Shown piece after piece: positions 10,150 to 20,168 of a DNA stretch of 64,000 nucleotides. A model generated the notes under the pieces. That model did not search any database. It was not told where the DNA came from and saw nothing but the letters and a program-made list of their open reading frames with translations. A program made the translations under genes and the position numbers. Source of the DNA: an uncultured Chloroflexia bacterium (GTDB lineage Bacteria > Chloroflexota > Limnocylindria > QHBO01); NCBI GenBank assembly GCA_963811145.1, contig CAWEQC010000001.1, positions 104,144 to 168,143 on the forward strand. Reading direction: 5' to 3'. Each line of letters opens with the position of its first letter. Position 1 is the stretch's first letter.

Positions 10150-10165
10150 TCGGCCATATGGCCGA
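10150..10165. promoter_or_regulatory. perfect 16-bp palindrome TCGGCCATATGGCCGA upstream of the FtsX/MacB operon
   Basis: Read directly. Lies 61 nt upstream of the permease start in an AT-enriched spacer. Confidence 0.35.
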
Positions 10166-10202
10166 CGCCGATTCACTGCCCACCCTACTTGATGAGGAGC
10201 GC

Positions 10203-10853
10203 TTACGCCGTCCAGGCCTCGCCGATGCGCGCCACGAGCTCGTCGAGCGAGCGAACCACCAGGCTCGCGGCGTGCCCGGTGTCCTCGTGGAGGAGGCCCC
10301 ATGGTCCGCGGCGAATCCAGACGGCGCGCATGCCGGCCGCAGCCGAGGGCACCACGTCGTTGTCGACACGATCGCCCACGTAGGCGACCTCGGCGGGGTC
10401 GGGTGAGCCGATCAGCTCCAGCGTGCGGGCGAAGAAGGCGGGATCGGGCTTCCCGACGCCCATCGCTTCGCTCATTGCCATCACCTCGACGTGAACGCCG
10501 AGGGCCTCGAGCTCCGACCGGCGCCTTGCGGGCTGGTTGGCGGTGATCGCCACGCGATAGCCGCCGGCCCGCAGCCCGTCGATGGCGCGGAGCGCGTCGG
10601 GATAGAGATCCTCGGCGCGAAAGGCGCCGTACCGCTCGTCGAAGGCCGGCTGCCGCTCGCGCCAGCCGGGCTGCTTCAGCGTGTCGAAGAAGCGACGCCA
10701 GTCGTCGGGCCGCTCACCCGTCGCGATCGAGCCGCCGAGCACGGCCATCAGGGTGAGCTCAGGCAGGCCGAAGATCTCGGCCCATGTGCTGAAGACGCGG
10801 GTCTCGTCGATCAGGGTCTCCCCGACGTCCAGGCACACCCATCGCTCGCTCAT
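10203..10853 (-). CDS. HAD-superfamily hydrolase
   Basis: Start set at MSERWVCLDVGETLIDE (motif I DxGxT). Motif IV is YVGDRVDNDV. TACGAT lies 6 nt upstream of the ATG, suggesting a leaderless mRNA. Confidence 0.8.
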   Translation of the reverse strand: MSERWVCLDVGETLIDETRVFSTWAEIFGLPELTLMAVLGGSIATGERPDDWRRFFDTLKQPGWRERQPAFDERYGAFRAEDLYPDALRAIDGLRAGGYRVAITANQPARRRSELEALGVHVEVMAMSEAMGVGKPDPAFFARTLELIGSPDPAEVAYVGDRVDNDVVPSAAAGMRAVWIRRGPWGLLHEDTGHAASLVVRSLDELVARIGEAWTA

Positions 10854-10891
10854 GCCCCGATCGTAGACGAGGCCGCGGCGACGTCGGACGA

Positions 10892-11230
10892 TTGACACGA
10901 CGCCGGTCCGGTTGCCGATCGGCCGTGCCTGTCGCTGAGGCGCAGGATCGGCTCGTGAACGCCTTTCCGCTGCCGGCATCCCCCAGACCGATCGGTCCGC
11001 GGCGGGTGCTGGGCGGCATCTTGGTGGCGGTGGTGGTCATCGTCAGCATCTGGCTGATGGTCGCGGCCGGCCTCCAGCAGGGTCAGATGGGAAGCGCACG
11101 ACCGGGACCGCTTCCCGACGCACCCTCGACGATCCAGGCCGACCTGGTCACGTCGGGACTCGATGCCGGTGCGGCGCCATTGCCTGGGCCGGAGATCGCG
11201 CCGGTGATGAGCGGCGTCGAGCCGCGATAG
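10892..11230 (+). CDS. hypothetical small membrane-anchored protein (weak call)
   Basis: 112-aa ORF with one TM (ILVAVVVIVSIWLMVAAGL). Only ORF filling this gap; no family recognised. Confidence 0.3.
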   Translation: MTRRRSGCRSAVPVAEAQDRLVNAFPLPASPRPIGPRRVLGGILVAVVVIVSIWLMVAAGLQQGQMGSARPGPLPDAPSTIQADLVTSGLDAGAAPLPGPEIAPVMSGVEPR

Positions 11231-11242
11231 GCGCCTCGGCGC

Positions 11243-12646
11243 TCAGGCCTGCTTGACGCCGGCCACCAGGTTCTCGACCGATGGCTTGGCATCGCCGAAC
11301 AGCATGGCCGTCTTCTCGTTGCTGAACAGCGGGTTCGGGATGCCGGCGAAGCCGGCGCCGCGGCCGCGCTTCAGCACGATGATGTTGTGCGCCTGGTCCA
11401 CGTTGAGGATCGGCATGCCGGAGATCGGCGAGCCCTCCTCGCGTGCCGACGGGTTGACGACGTCGTTGGCGCCGATGATCAGCGCCACGTCGGTATCGGC
11501 GAAGTCGTCGTTGATCTCGTCCATCTCCTTGAGCCGGTCGTACGGCACGTTCGCCTCCGCCAGCAGGACGTTCATGTGCCCGGGCATGCGGCCGGCGACC
11601 GGGTGAATGGCGAACTGCACGTCGACGCCCTTCGCAATGAGCAGGTCCATCAGCTCGCGAACCGGCCCCTGGGCCTGGGCGACCGCCATGCCGTACCCCG
11701 GCACGATGATGACCCGCTTGCCGTAGGCCATGAGCACGGCCGCGTCATCGGCGCTGATCTCGCGCAGCTGCTCCTCGCCCTCGGCACCGGCCACCACCGC
11801 CCCGCCGCCCGTGCCGAAGCCCGCGAACAGGACGTTGAAGATCGACCGGTTCATTGCCTTGCACATCAGCTGGGTGAGGATGGCGCCCGAGGCACCGACA
11901 AGGGTTCCGGCGATGAGCAGCGCGAAGTTGCCGAGCACGAAGCCGGTCGCGGCGACCGCGATGCCGGTGTAGCTGTTGAGCAGCGAGACGACGACCGGCA
12001 TGTCCGCACCGCCGATCGGCATCACGAGCTGGACGCCAAGCACCAGCGAGAGCACGACGAAGAGGAGGAAGAGCGGCACGCTCGGCGAGACGGCGGCGAC
12101 GTAGATGCCGATGGCCACGACCGCCAGGAACAGTGCCGCGGTCACGATCTGGGAGCCGGGATACTTGACCGGCCTCGAGGCGATCAGGCCCTGGAGCTTG
12201 CCGAAGGCGACAATCGAGCCGGTCAGGCTGACGGAGCCGATGATGGCGCCGAGCAGCGTGGCGATGACGAAGGCCAGCGGCAGCAGCTCGCCAGCATTCG
12301 CCTCGGAGTCGCGGAGGAACTCGACCACCGCGACCAGCGCGGCGGCGCCGCCGCCGGCCCCGTTGAAGATGGCCACCATCTGTGGCATGGCCGTCATCGG
12401 GACGCGCTTGGCGCCGAGCCAGCCAGCGACCGCGCCGATGGCGCCGCCGACGACGATGATCCACCAGTTGTCCAGCATGCCCTCGGTGGTGAAGAAGGTC
12501 CACGCGATCACGAGCGCCATGCCGGCGGCGCCGAGCTGATTGCCTCGTCGTGCCGTCGAGGGCGAGGCAAGGAACTTGAGGGCCAGGATGAAGGTGACGC
12601 TGGCGACCAGCCAGACGATGTAGGTCAGGACCTGGAGCGCGTCCAT
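11243..12646 (-). CDS. pntB: NAD(P) transhydrogenase subunit beta
   Basis: 467 aa. N-terminal TM domain and C-terminal NADP(H) domain (VIIVPGYGMAVAQAQ..., HPVAGRMPGHMNVLLAEA). Confidence 0.92.
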   Translation of the reverse strand: MDALQVLTYIVWLVASVTFILALKFLASPSTARRGNQLGAAGMALVIAWTFFTTEGMLDNWWIIVVGGAIGAVAGWLGAKRVPMTAMPQMVAIFNGAGGGAAALVAVVEFLRDSEANAGELLPLAFVIATLLGAIIGSVSLTGSIVAFGKLQGLIASRPVKYPGSQIVTAALFLAVVAIGIYVAAVSPSVPLFLLFVVLSLVLGVQLVMPIGGADMPVVVSLLNSYTGIAVAATGFVLGNFALLIAGTLVGASGAILTQLMCKAMNRSIFNVLFAGFGTGGGAVVAGAEGEEQLREISADDAAVLMAYGKRVIIVPGYGMAVAQAQGPVRELMDLLIAKGVDVQFAIHPVAGRMPGHMNVLLAEANVPYDRLKEMDEINDDFADTDVALIIGANDVVNPSAREEGSPISGMPILNVDQAHNIIVLKRGRGAGFAGIPNPLFSNEKTAMLFGDAKPSVENLVAGVKQA

Positions 12647-12964
12647 CTAGCCACGCTCCCGTGGCTGCTCGTTGGGCCGCTTCTTGAACATCTCGAGCAT
12701 CCGGTCGGTGACGACGAAGCCGCCGACCACGTTGATCGTGCCCAGGATGACGGCGATCAACGCGAGGATGATCCCAATCGGTCCGCCGGCGGTGGCCGCG
12801 ACGAGCATGGCACCGACCACGATCACGCCGTGGACCGCGTTCGCGCCGCTCATGAGCGGCGTGTGGAGCATGGTCGGCACCTTCGACACCACCTCGTAGC
12901 CGACGAAGGCGGCGAGCACGAGGATGAAGAGCGCGGCGATCAGCTCGAAGGCGGAGAGCTCCAT
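12647..12964 (-). CDS. pntAB: NAD(P) transhydrogenase subunit alpha part 2 (membrane)
   Basis: Start set at MELSAFELIAALFILVLAAFVGYEVVSKVP. About 105 aa, 3 TM, immediately upstream of pntB. Confidence 0.85.
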   Translation of the reverse strand: MELSAFELIAALFILVLAAFVGYEVVSKVPTMLHTPLMSGANAVHGVIVVGAMLVAATAGGPIGIILALIAVILGTINVVGGFVVTDRMLEMFKKRPNEQPRERG

Positions 12965-12968
12965 CGGG

Positions 12969-14189
12969 TTACGAGTCCTTCTTCTCGCCCGCGTCGGCGG
13001 GCGCATCGGTCCCGGCCGGGGCCTTTGCGGGCTCGGGCGCCGCGACCTCGATGCCGAGGGCCTTGGCGGTGGCCTCGTGGACAACCTTGCCCCCGTGCGT
13101 GATCGTGGCGCCGCGCGTGATCTCGTCGGCGAAGTCGAGGTTCAGCTCGCCGTCCTTGAGCAGGTGCTTGATCAGGGTCTGGAGGTTCTTGGCATACATC
13201 TGGGTGGCGCTGCCCGGCATGGTGGCCGGGAGGTTCGTCAGGCCGATGATCCGCACGCCGTGGCGCACGACCTCCTTGCCCGGCTCGGTGCCCTCCACGT
13301 TCCCGCCCATCTCCGCTGCCATGTCGACGATCACGCTGCCCGGCCTCATGCTCTTGACCATCTCGTCAGTCACCAGCTTCGGTGCGGGCCGTCCTGGGAT
13401 GAGGGCGGTGGTGATGATGAAATCGGCCTCCTTGACCCGCTCGGCGATGAGCTCGGCCTGGCGGCGCTTGTAGTCGTCGCTCATCTCGGTCGCATAGCCG
13501 CCGGCGGTCTCGGCCTTGGCCTTCTCCTCCTCGGTCATCTCGACTTCGATGAAGGTGCCGCCGAGGCTCTGGACCTGCTCCTTGACCACCGGCCGGACGT
13601 CGGTCGCCTCAACCACGGCCCCAAGCCGGCGGGCGGTGCCGATGGCCATCAGGCCCGCAACCCCGGCACCCATCACGATGCCGCGAGCCGGCCGCACCGT
13701 ACCCGCGGCGGTCGTCAGCAGCGGCATGAACTTCGGCAGCCGCTCGGCCGCGATCAGCACCGCCTTGTAGCCGCCGACCGTTGCCTGCGAGCTGAGGGTA
13801 TCCATTGACTGCGCCCGGGTGATGCGCGGGATGGCGTCCATGCTGATCGCCGTCACGCCCTGCTTGGCCAGCTTCTGTGCCAGCTCCGGCTTCGCGAGGG
13901 TCCCCAGCGTGCCGATGAGGACGGAGCCCTCGCGAAGCATCTCGACTTCCTCGTCCGAGGGACGGCCGACGCGGAGTACCAGGTCCGCCTTGCCGTACAG
14001 GGCCGGGGCATCCGGCACGATGGTCGCGCCTGCCTCCCGGTAGGCGTCGTCGGTATTCGACGATGCCTCGCCGGCGCCGGCCTGGACGAGGACCTCGACG
14101 CCATCGCCGACCAGCTGGCCGGCGATCAGCGGCGTCAGTGCGACGCGAGTCTCTCCTTCGGCGGTCTCGCGCGGAACAGCGATCTTCAT
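12969..14189 (-). CDS. pntAA: NAD(P) transhydrogenase subunit alpha part 1 (NAD(H)-binding)
   Basis: Start set at MKIAVPRETAEGETRVALTP. Alanine-dehydrogenase/PNT fold with VMGAGVAGLMAIGTARRLGA. Confidence 0.9.
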   Translation of the reverse strand: MKIAVPRETAEGETRVALTPLIAGQLVGDGVEVLVQAGAGEASSNTDDAYREAGATIVPDAPALYGKADLVLRVGRPSDEEVEMLREGSVLIGTLGTLAKPELAQKLAKQGVTAISMDAIPRITRAQSMDTLSSQATVGGYKAVLIAAERLPKFMPLLTTAAGTVRPARGIVMGAGVAGLMAIGTARRLGAVVEATDVRPVVKEQVQSLGGTFIEVEMTEEEKAKAETAGGYATEMSDDYKRRQAELIAERVKEADFIITTALIPGRPAPKLVTDEMVKSMRPGSVIVDMAAEMGGNVEGTEPGKEVVRHGVRIIGLTNLPATMPGSATQMYAKNLQTLIKHLLKDGELNLDFADEITRGATITHGGKVVHEATAKALGIEVAAPEPAKAPAGTDAPADAGEKKDS

Positions 14190-14248
14190 CGGGCCGATCT
14201 CTGCGGAGGGTTGCACACGGCGAACCGCCGTAGCTCAGTCGAGGGCAC

Positions 14249-14445
14249 ATGGCGGTTCGGATTTCGGAGTGTAGCAGGACCACACGATCGGGTACCTTGA
14301 GCGCGGCGAGTACGACCCGAGCCTCGAGCTGGCAATTCGCATCGCCGAGCACTTCGGCCTGCCGGTGGAGGCCATCTTCAGCCGAACTCCGTTCGTGCCG
14401 ATGTCCCAGCAGCTCTATCACGGATCGAGGGGAGAGGACCGATGA
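14249..14445 (+). pseudogene. small XRE-family HTH regulator, N-terminal part disrupted
   Basis: C-terminal frame reads IGYLERGEYDPSLELAIRIAEHFGLPVEAIF and ends in an ATGA overlap with the ABC gene. The helix-3 motif CSRTT is in another frame (shift near 14282-14286). No clean full-length N-terminus could be rebuilt. Confidence 0.45.
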
Positions 14446-15401
14446 GCCTCGTCGTGGACGGTCTCCGCAAGCGCTTCGGCGAGGTGGTCGCGCTCGACGG
14501 CGTGAGCTTCACCGTCGAGCCCGGGCGCATCTTCGGCCTGCTCGGCGCGAACGGAGCCGGCAAGACGACCAGCATGCGAATCGTGCTCGACATCCTCCGC
14601 GCCGATGCCGGTCAGGTGACCTGGCAGGGAGCCGAGAACACGTCGCTTCCCCGTCGGACCTGGGGCTACCTGCCAGAGGAGCGAGGGCTGTACCCGAAGA
14701 TGAAGGTCGGGGAGCAGCTGCGCTTCTTCGCGGCGCTGTACGGCGTGCCGGACGCCACCGCTCGAGCCGAGATCGACGACTGGCTCGATCGGTTCAGGAT
14801 CCCCGACTACCGCGAGCGCAAGGTCGAGGAGCTTTCCAAGGGCAACCAGCAGAAGATCCAGTTCATCGCGGCCATCCTCCACGATCCAGAGGTGCTGATC
14901 ATGGACGAGCCGTTCTCCGGGCTGGACCCCGTCAACGTGCGGCTCCTCAAGGAGGCCTTCCTCGAGATGCGCGATCGCGGCAAGACCCTCATCTTCAGCA
15001 CCCACCAGATGGAGACGGTCGAGGAGCTGTGCGAGTCGATCGCCATCATCGACGTCGGTCGCGTGGTGGTCAGCGGCGCCGTGCGCGACGTGAAGCGCGC
15101 CATGGGCCGCCGGGTGGTCCGGATGGCCACCGAGGGTGACGGCCATGGCGCCGGTTGGCTGACCCAGGTACCGGGCGTGGAGCTGACGGCCCGGCGCGAG
15201 GATTACGTCGAGCTGCACCTGCCCGCCGACGGTGACCCGGGCGCGATCCTGCGAGCGGCGCTCGAGCGCGGCGAGCGCGTGACCCGTTTCGAGATCGCCG
15301 AGCCCAGCCTCGAGGAGATCTTCGTGGAGCACGTCGGCCGTCGCGCCATCGACGAGTCCGAGGAGCACCTGGCGAGCTCGAGCCGGGAGGGTGCGGCATG
15401 A
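14442..15401 (+). CDS. ABC-2 type transporter ATP-binding protein
   Basis: GANGAGKTT, LSKGNQQK, LIMDEPFSGLD, plus a C-terminal accessory domain. Confidence 0.9.
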   Translation: MSLVVDGLRKRFGEVVALDGVSFTVEPGRIFGLLGANGAGKTTSMRIVLDILRADAGQVTWQGAENTSLPRRTWGYLPEERGLYPKMKVGEQLRFFAALYGVPDATARAEIDDWLDRFRIPDYRERKVEELSKGNQQKIQFIAAILHDPEVLIMDEPFSGLDPVNVRLLKEAFLEMRDRGKTLIFSTHQMETVEELCESIAIIDVGRVVVSGAVRDVKRAMGRRVVRMATEGDGHGAGWLTQVPGVELTARREDYVELHLPADGDPGAILRAALERGERVTRFEIAEPSLEEIFVEHVGRRAIDESEEHLASSSREGAA

Positions 15402-16711
15402 GCGGCCTTTTCCCGAATGCGCTCCACGTCGCGCGCCGCGAATACCTGGTCCGCGTGCGCGGCCGCGCGTTTGCCATCACGACCGCGCTCCTCGCCCTGG
15501 CGATCGCCGCCGTGACGATGGTGCCCACCATCCTGGCCGCGGTCGGCGTCGCGGATCCGCCACAGATCGCGGTCGACGTCCAGGCGGACGACCTGCCCAC
15601 CGACCCGGTGCTGACCATCCAGGCGGCGTTGATCGTGGCGGCCGATCCCTCCGCCGAACCTGACGATGAGCCGGGCGAGGATCGCCCGCGGGTGACCCGG
15701 GCGGAGGACCCCGAGGCAGCCGCCCAGGCGGTGCGCGACGGCGACCTCGACGGCCTTCTGACCATCAGGCGCGACGAGAGCGGTGAGCTTGCCTTCGAGT
15801 ACCTCGGCAGTGCCAGCCCGACCAACCAGACTCGCCTGCGCGTCACCCAGGCGGCGACGGCGCTTGCGATCGCCGATCGGCTCGCTCGGGCGGGGCTCGA
15901 TGACCAGCAGATCGCTCAGACGTTCGAGCCGCCGACATTCACCGCCCGGCCGATCGACCCTGACGATGCGTCCGCCGCCGAGGACTTCGGCAGTGCCTTC
16001 ATCCTGGCATACGCGGTCGTCATCCTGACCTTCATGGCGATCCTGACCTACGGCAACTGGGTGGCGCAGAGCGTTGCCGAGGAGAAGTCCGGCCGGGTCA
16101 TGGAGCTGCTCATCACGGCGGCCACGCCCCGCCAGCTGCTGATCGGCAAGGTGCTCGGGACGGGCGCCGCGGGCCTGACGCAGTACCTCGTGATCGTGGT
16201 GGCCGCCATCGTCGGCTTCGTCGCCAATGGACCGGTGGCGGACGCCCTCGGCGTCACGGGCCAGGCGCCGATCACGCTCCCGGACCTGGCGCCCGCCATG
16301 CTCCTGGCCTTCGCTGCCTTCTTCCTGCTCGGCTTCATCCTGTACTCGACCCTCTATGCGGCGGCGGGCTCGATGGTGAGCCGTATCGAGGACGTCCAGC
16401 AGGCGGTCGGCCCGCTCATCTTCCTCGCCATGGCCGGCTACTTCGCCTCGTTCACCGGCCTCAATGACCCCGATGCCGGCTGGGTCGGAGCGCTCTCGCT
16501 GATCCCCTTCTTCAGTCCGTACCTGATGCCGGCCAGGATGCTGCTGACATCGGTGGATCCCGCTGAGGTGCTGCTGGCGCTGGGGTTGCTGGCGGCCGCG
16601 CTGGTCGCCGCCCTGTGGCTGGCGTCACGGATCTACAGCGCCGGGGTGCTGCTGTACGGCCAGCGCATCGGACTGCGCAGCGTCTGGCGCGCGACCCGCG
16701 TTTCGCGTTGA
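15398..16711 (+). CDS. ABC-2 type transporter permease
   Basis: 437 aa. N-terminal TM, large extracytoplasmic loop, 5 C-terminal TM. ATGA overlap with the ATPase gene. Confidence 0.85.
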   Translation: MSGLFPNALHVARREYLVRVRGRAFAITTALLALAIAAVTMVPTILAAVGVADPPQIAVDVQADDLPTDPVLTIQAALIVAADPSAEPDDEPGEDRPRVTRAEDPEAAAQAVRDGDLDGLLTIRRDESGELAFEYLGSASPTNQTRLRVTQAATALAIADRLARAGLDDQQIAQTFEPPTFTARPIDPDDASAAEDFGSAFILAYAVVILTFMAILTYGNWVAQSVAEEKSGRVMELLITAATPRQLLIGKVLGTGAAGLTQYLVIVVAAIVGFVANGPVADALGVTGQAPITLPDLAPAMLLAFAAFFLLGFILYSTLYAAAGSMVSRIEDVQQAVGPLIFLAMAGYFASFTGLNDPDAGWVGALSLIPFFSPYLMPARMLLTSVDPAEVLLALGLLAAALVAALWLASRIYSAGVLLYGQRIGLRSVWRATRVSR

Positions 16712-16715
16712 GCTG

Positions 16716-17267
16716 ATGACGGCGGACCGCGACTTCATCCTGGTCGGCGACCGCCGGCTCGAGCTCGCGCGCGGCGACATCACCACGGAACGGGTCGAAG
16801 CGATCGCGAACGCGGCGAACGAATCGCTACGCGGCGGCGGCGGCGTTGACGGCGCCATCCATCGGGCGGCGGGACCGGGGATGCTCGAGGAGCTGAGGCG
16901 GAACCATCCGAACGGCACGCCGACCGGCACTGCCGTCGCGACCGGAGCGTACGACCTGCCGGCCCGCTGGGTCCTCCACGCCGTCGGCCCGATCTGGCGC
17001 GGCGGCGACGCGGGAGAGCCGGAGCTGCTCGCCGGCGCGTATCGGTCCTGCCTGGCGCTGGCCGACGAGCTCGGTGCGCGAAGCGTCGCATTTCCGGCGA
17101 TCAGCATGGGAATCTACGGCTATCCGCCACCGGATGGCGCCCGCGTCGCCGTGCGCACCGTGGCGGGGCACCTGGGCGGTGAGACCCGGGTGGAGCTGGT
17201 CCGCTTCGTCCTGTTCAGCGACGAGACGTATGAGCTGTTCGCCGCTGCGTTGAGCGAGCTCGCCTGA
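16716..17267 (+). CDS. macro-domain protein (O-acetyl-ADP-ribose deacetylase / ADP-ribose binding)
   Basis: ANAANESLRGGGGVDGAIHRAAG and SVAFPAISMGIYGYP are canonical macro-domain motifs. Confidence 0.9.
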   Translation: MTADRDFILVGDRRLELARGDITTERVEAIANAANESLRGGGGVDGAIHRAAGPGMLEELRRNHPNGTPTGTAVATGAYDLPARWVLHAVGPIWRGGDAGEPELLAGAYRSCLALADELGARSVAFPAISMGIYGYPPPDGARVAVRTVAGHLGGETRVELVRFVLFSDETYELFAAALSELA

Positions 17268-17270
17268 CCG

Positions 17271-18419
17271 TCACGCGCTGGCGGGAGCCTCGCCGGATGT
17301 GCGCATTCCGGGGGCCGGCGCCCGATGCCGGAGCTTGAACCGATTGTCGGGTGGCGCAAGCGCGGCAGCAGCGGCTTCGTCGCCCGTCACCAGCGCCGAC
17401 AGGTACTCCCCGACGCTGGGGGCGTGCTTGAAGCCATGACCGGAACCGCCGCCGACGATCCACGCCGAGGAGATCTGCGGATGGCGGTCGATGATGAAGT
17501 GGGTGTCGGGCGTCAGCTCGTACTGGCAGACCCGACCCTCGGCAACCGGCTGGTCGGCCAGCGCGGGGAAGCGGCGGCGCAGGTACGCGCGTGACGCCTC
17601 CACTCGCTCGTCGGAGATGCGGCGCTCCTGGCGATCGGGGTCCACGATCGGCCCGGGCCAGTCCGGTGCGACCTTGAAGCCCCGGCCCTCGATCGAGGGC
17701 AGGCCATAGAAGGCGGCCTCGTACTCGACCCAGGTTGGCACGCTGCCGGCGTCGAAGCGCGTGTCGCCGGGCGGCGTGGCGAAGTAGATGATCTCCTGCT
17801 GCGGCACGGTCAGCTCGAGCCCGGGCACGGATCCGAGCAGCTTCGGCAGCCAGGGGCCGGCTGCGAACACGAACCCATCCGCCTCGAGACGCTCGTCGCC
17901 GATGACGACATCGGTCCCGTCAACCCGGGCCAGCCCAAGCCGGAGCTGCCCGCCCTCCTCGACGAAGGCCCTCGCCGTGGCGGCAACGGCGCGACGTGCC
18001 AGCACGACCCCTGCCTCCGGCTCGTGCAGGCCAAAGGCAAGGTCGGCGCTCGCGATCTGCGGCCAGCGCTCCGCCATTGCTCCCGGAGCCAGCCGCTCCG
18101 CCGCGATTCCGAGGCGCTCGAGGACATCGGCGGATTGCGCCTCGAACCCGTCATGTCGCCGAGCCAGCCACAGGACGCCGGTGCGCACGAACAGACCCGG
18201 GTCGAGCTGCAGCCACTGGTCGAGCGCACGACGCTGCCAGAGCGGGTAGTGGGCATCGGCTCCGTGGGCGGACCGGGTGACGCGGGACTCGTCGCCTGAG
18301 CTGGCGAGCGAGTTGCCCGGGCCGTACTGGTCGACGAGCGTGACGGACGCGCCCCTCCGCCGCAGCCAGCGGGCGGTCCAGGTGCCGAAGACGCCGGCGC
18401 CGATGACGATGACATGCAT
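17271..18419 (-). CDS. FAD-dependent oxidoreductase (DAO / sarcosine-oxidase-like)
   Basis: Start set at MHVIVIGAGVFGTWTARWL (GxGxxG). C-terminal WIVGGGSGHGFKHAPSVG is typical of the DAO family. Confidence 0.85.
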   Translation of the reverse strand: MHVIVIGAGVFGTWTARWLRRRGASVTLVDQYGPGNSLASSGDESRVTRSAHGADAHYPLWQRRALDQWLQLDPGLFVRTGVLWLARRHDGFEAQSADVLERLGIAAERLAPGAMAERWPQIASADLAFGLHEPEAGVVLARRAVAATARAFVEEGGQLRLGLARVDGTDVVIGDERLEADGFVFAAGPWLPKLLGSVPGLELTVPQQEIIYFATPPGDTRFDAGSVPTWVEYEAAFYGLPSIEGRGFKVAPDWPGPIVDPDRQERRISDERVEASRAYLRRRFPALADQPVAEGRVCQYELTPDTHFIIDRHPQISSAWIVGGGSGHGFKHAPSVGEYLSALVTGDEAAAAALAPPDNRFKLRHRAPAPGMRTSGEAPASA

Positions 18420-18453
18420 CCGCCGATCGTAGCGCGGGGGTACGATCACGCCG

Positions 18454-19368
18454 ATGGAGGGCACGCCGTCGACAGCGGCCATCAGCACCCGAGCGCTGAC
18501 CAAGCACTACGGGTCGATCGACGCGCTCACCGACCTGTCGCTCGAGGTCCGACAGGGGGAGATCTTCGGATTCCTGGGGCCGAACGGCGCGGGCAAGTCG
18601 ACCACCATCCGAACCCTCCTCGGCTTCCTGCACCCCACCAGCGGCAGCGCCAGCGTGCTCGGCATGGACGTGGTGACCGAATCGGTCGAGATCCGCCGGC
18701 TGACCGGCTACCTGCCCGGGGGCATCGCGCTGTACGACTCCCTCAGCGGCGAGGAGGTGCTCGACTATCTCGTCGACCTCCAGGGCCGCGAGCCGCATCG
18801 CCGCCAGGAGCTGTGCGAACGGCTGGAGCTGCCGGCATCGGTGCTCAAGCGCAAGGTGCGCGACTACTCACGCGGCATGCGCCAGAAGATCGGCGTCGTG
18901 CAGGCGCTGCAGCACGACCCCGAGCTGGCCATCCTCGACGAGCCGACCGAGGGACTCGACCCGCTCATGCAGCACGCCTTCTACGGCATCCTCGACGACC
19001 TGCGGCGTGAGGGACGCACCGTCTTCTTCAGCTCGCACGTGCTCTCGGAGGTCGAGCGGCTGTGCGACCGGGTCGCGATCATCCGCGCCGGGCACCTGAT
19101 GGCGCTCCACGAGGTGAGCGAGCTCCTCGCCCGGCGGCGAAGGCGCGTGACGCTGCGCTGGCGGGGAGCCGCACCCGACCCGAGCTCGCTGCCCGGCCTC
19201 GAGGACGTCCAGGTCGACGGCAACCGGCTGATCGGCATGCTGTCGGGCGAGGTCGCCAGCTTCGTGCGGGCCATCGCCTCGCCGAACCTGGAGGACCTGA
19301 CGATCGAGCCGGCCAGCCTGGAGGAGGCGTTCCTCGAGTACTACGCCTCCGAGGCGACGCCCGCGTGA
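18454..19368 (+). CDS. ABC-2 type transporter ATP-binding protein
   Basis: GPNGAGKST, YSRGMRQK, AILDEPTEGLD. Confidence 0.9.
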   Translation: MEGTPSTAAISTRALTKHYGSIDALTDLSLEVRQGEIFGFLGPNGAGKSTTIRTLLGFLHPTSGSASVLGMDVVTESVEIRRLTGYLPGGIALYDSLSGEEVLDYLVDLQGREPHRRQELCERLELPASVLKRKVRDYSRGMRQKIGVVQALQHDPELAILDEPTEGLDPLMQHAFYGILDDLRREGRTVFFSSHVLSEVERLCDRVAIIRAGHLMALHEVSELLARRRRRVTLRWRGAAPDPSSLPGLEDVQVDGNRLIGMLSGEVASFVRAIASPNLEDLTIEPASLEEAFLEYYASEATPA

Positions 19369-20168
19369 GCGGCAGGCTGGTTCTCCAGACCCTGCGCTGG
19401 CAGCGGGTGCGCCTCATCATCGTGGTGCTTGCCGGCTTCGGCTGGGGACTCCTCATCCCGGTCTTCTACGGCGCCTTCAGCGACATGATGCGCGAGCTCG
19501 CCAACTCCGGCGCCTTTCCGCGCGAGCTGCTGAACTTCGGGTCCGGCTCGCTCTTCACGCTGCCCGGCGCGATCACGCTGGGGACCCAGCACCCGCTGGC
19601 GATCGCGATGGTCGCCATCTTCGCCATCGGCTCATCCGCGACCGCCATCGCTGGCGAGCGGGCGCGCGGCACGCTCGAAGTGCTGCTCGCCCGACCGATC
19701 TCGCGGCTGACCCTGTACTTCAGCATCCTGGTCGCGATGCTCGTTGCCGTGCTCATCGTCATCGGCGCGATCATCGGCGGCATGGTCGTCGGTTCGACGA
19801 TCCAGGGGCTGACGGATGAGCTCGACCTTGGGCTGGTCCCGCTCGTCCTGCTCAACGGCTTCGGCCTGTGGGCCGCCTTCACGACCTTTGGGCTGGCCGC
19901 CTCGGTCTCGTTCGACCGGCCCGGCCCGGCCATCGGCCTGTCGCTCGCCTACCTGGTGATCAACTACTTCCTGGAGATCCTCGGGTCGCTGTGGGCCGAT
20001 GCCGCCTGGACGCAGAAGTACTCGCTCTTCCACCACTTCAACCCTGGCGCCATTCTCACCGGTGACGGGGACCTGCTCGACCTCGTGATCGTGTTCGTCG
20101 CGGCGCTCGTCCCGCTGATCTACGCGCTCATCGTCTTCCCCAGGCGGGACCTCGCGGCCCCCGCCTAG
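19365..20168 (+). CDS. ABC-2 type transporter permease
   Basis: GTG 19365 overlaps the ATPase stop (GTGA). 6 TM protein VSGRLVLQTLRWQRVRLIIVVLAGF... Confidence 0.75.
   Translation: MSGRLVLQTLRWQRVRLIIVVLAGFGWGLLIPVFYGAFSDMMRELANSGAFPRELLNFGSGSLFTLPGAITLGTQHPLAIAMVAIFAIGSSATAIAGERARGTLEVLLARPISRLTLYFSILVAMLVAVLIVIGAIIGGMVVGSTIQGLTDELDLGLVPLVLLNGFGLWAAFTTFGLAASVSFDRPGPAIGLSLAYLVINYFLEILGSLWADAAWTQKYSLFHHFNPGAILTGDGDLLDLVIVFVAALVPLIYALIVFPRRDLAAPA

Noticed and set aside
14211-14275. tRNA-like string GCCGTAGCTCAGTCGAG...GGTTCGGATTTCGG and a 9-bp inverted repeat CGAACCGCC/GGCGGTTCG
   Set aside because: The D-arm and T-arm resemblance is partial. There is no anticodon arm or acceptor stem and the length is wrong. 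The region is more simply the damaged 5' end of the XRE regulator gene plus the pntAA promoter region.
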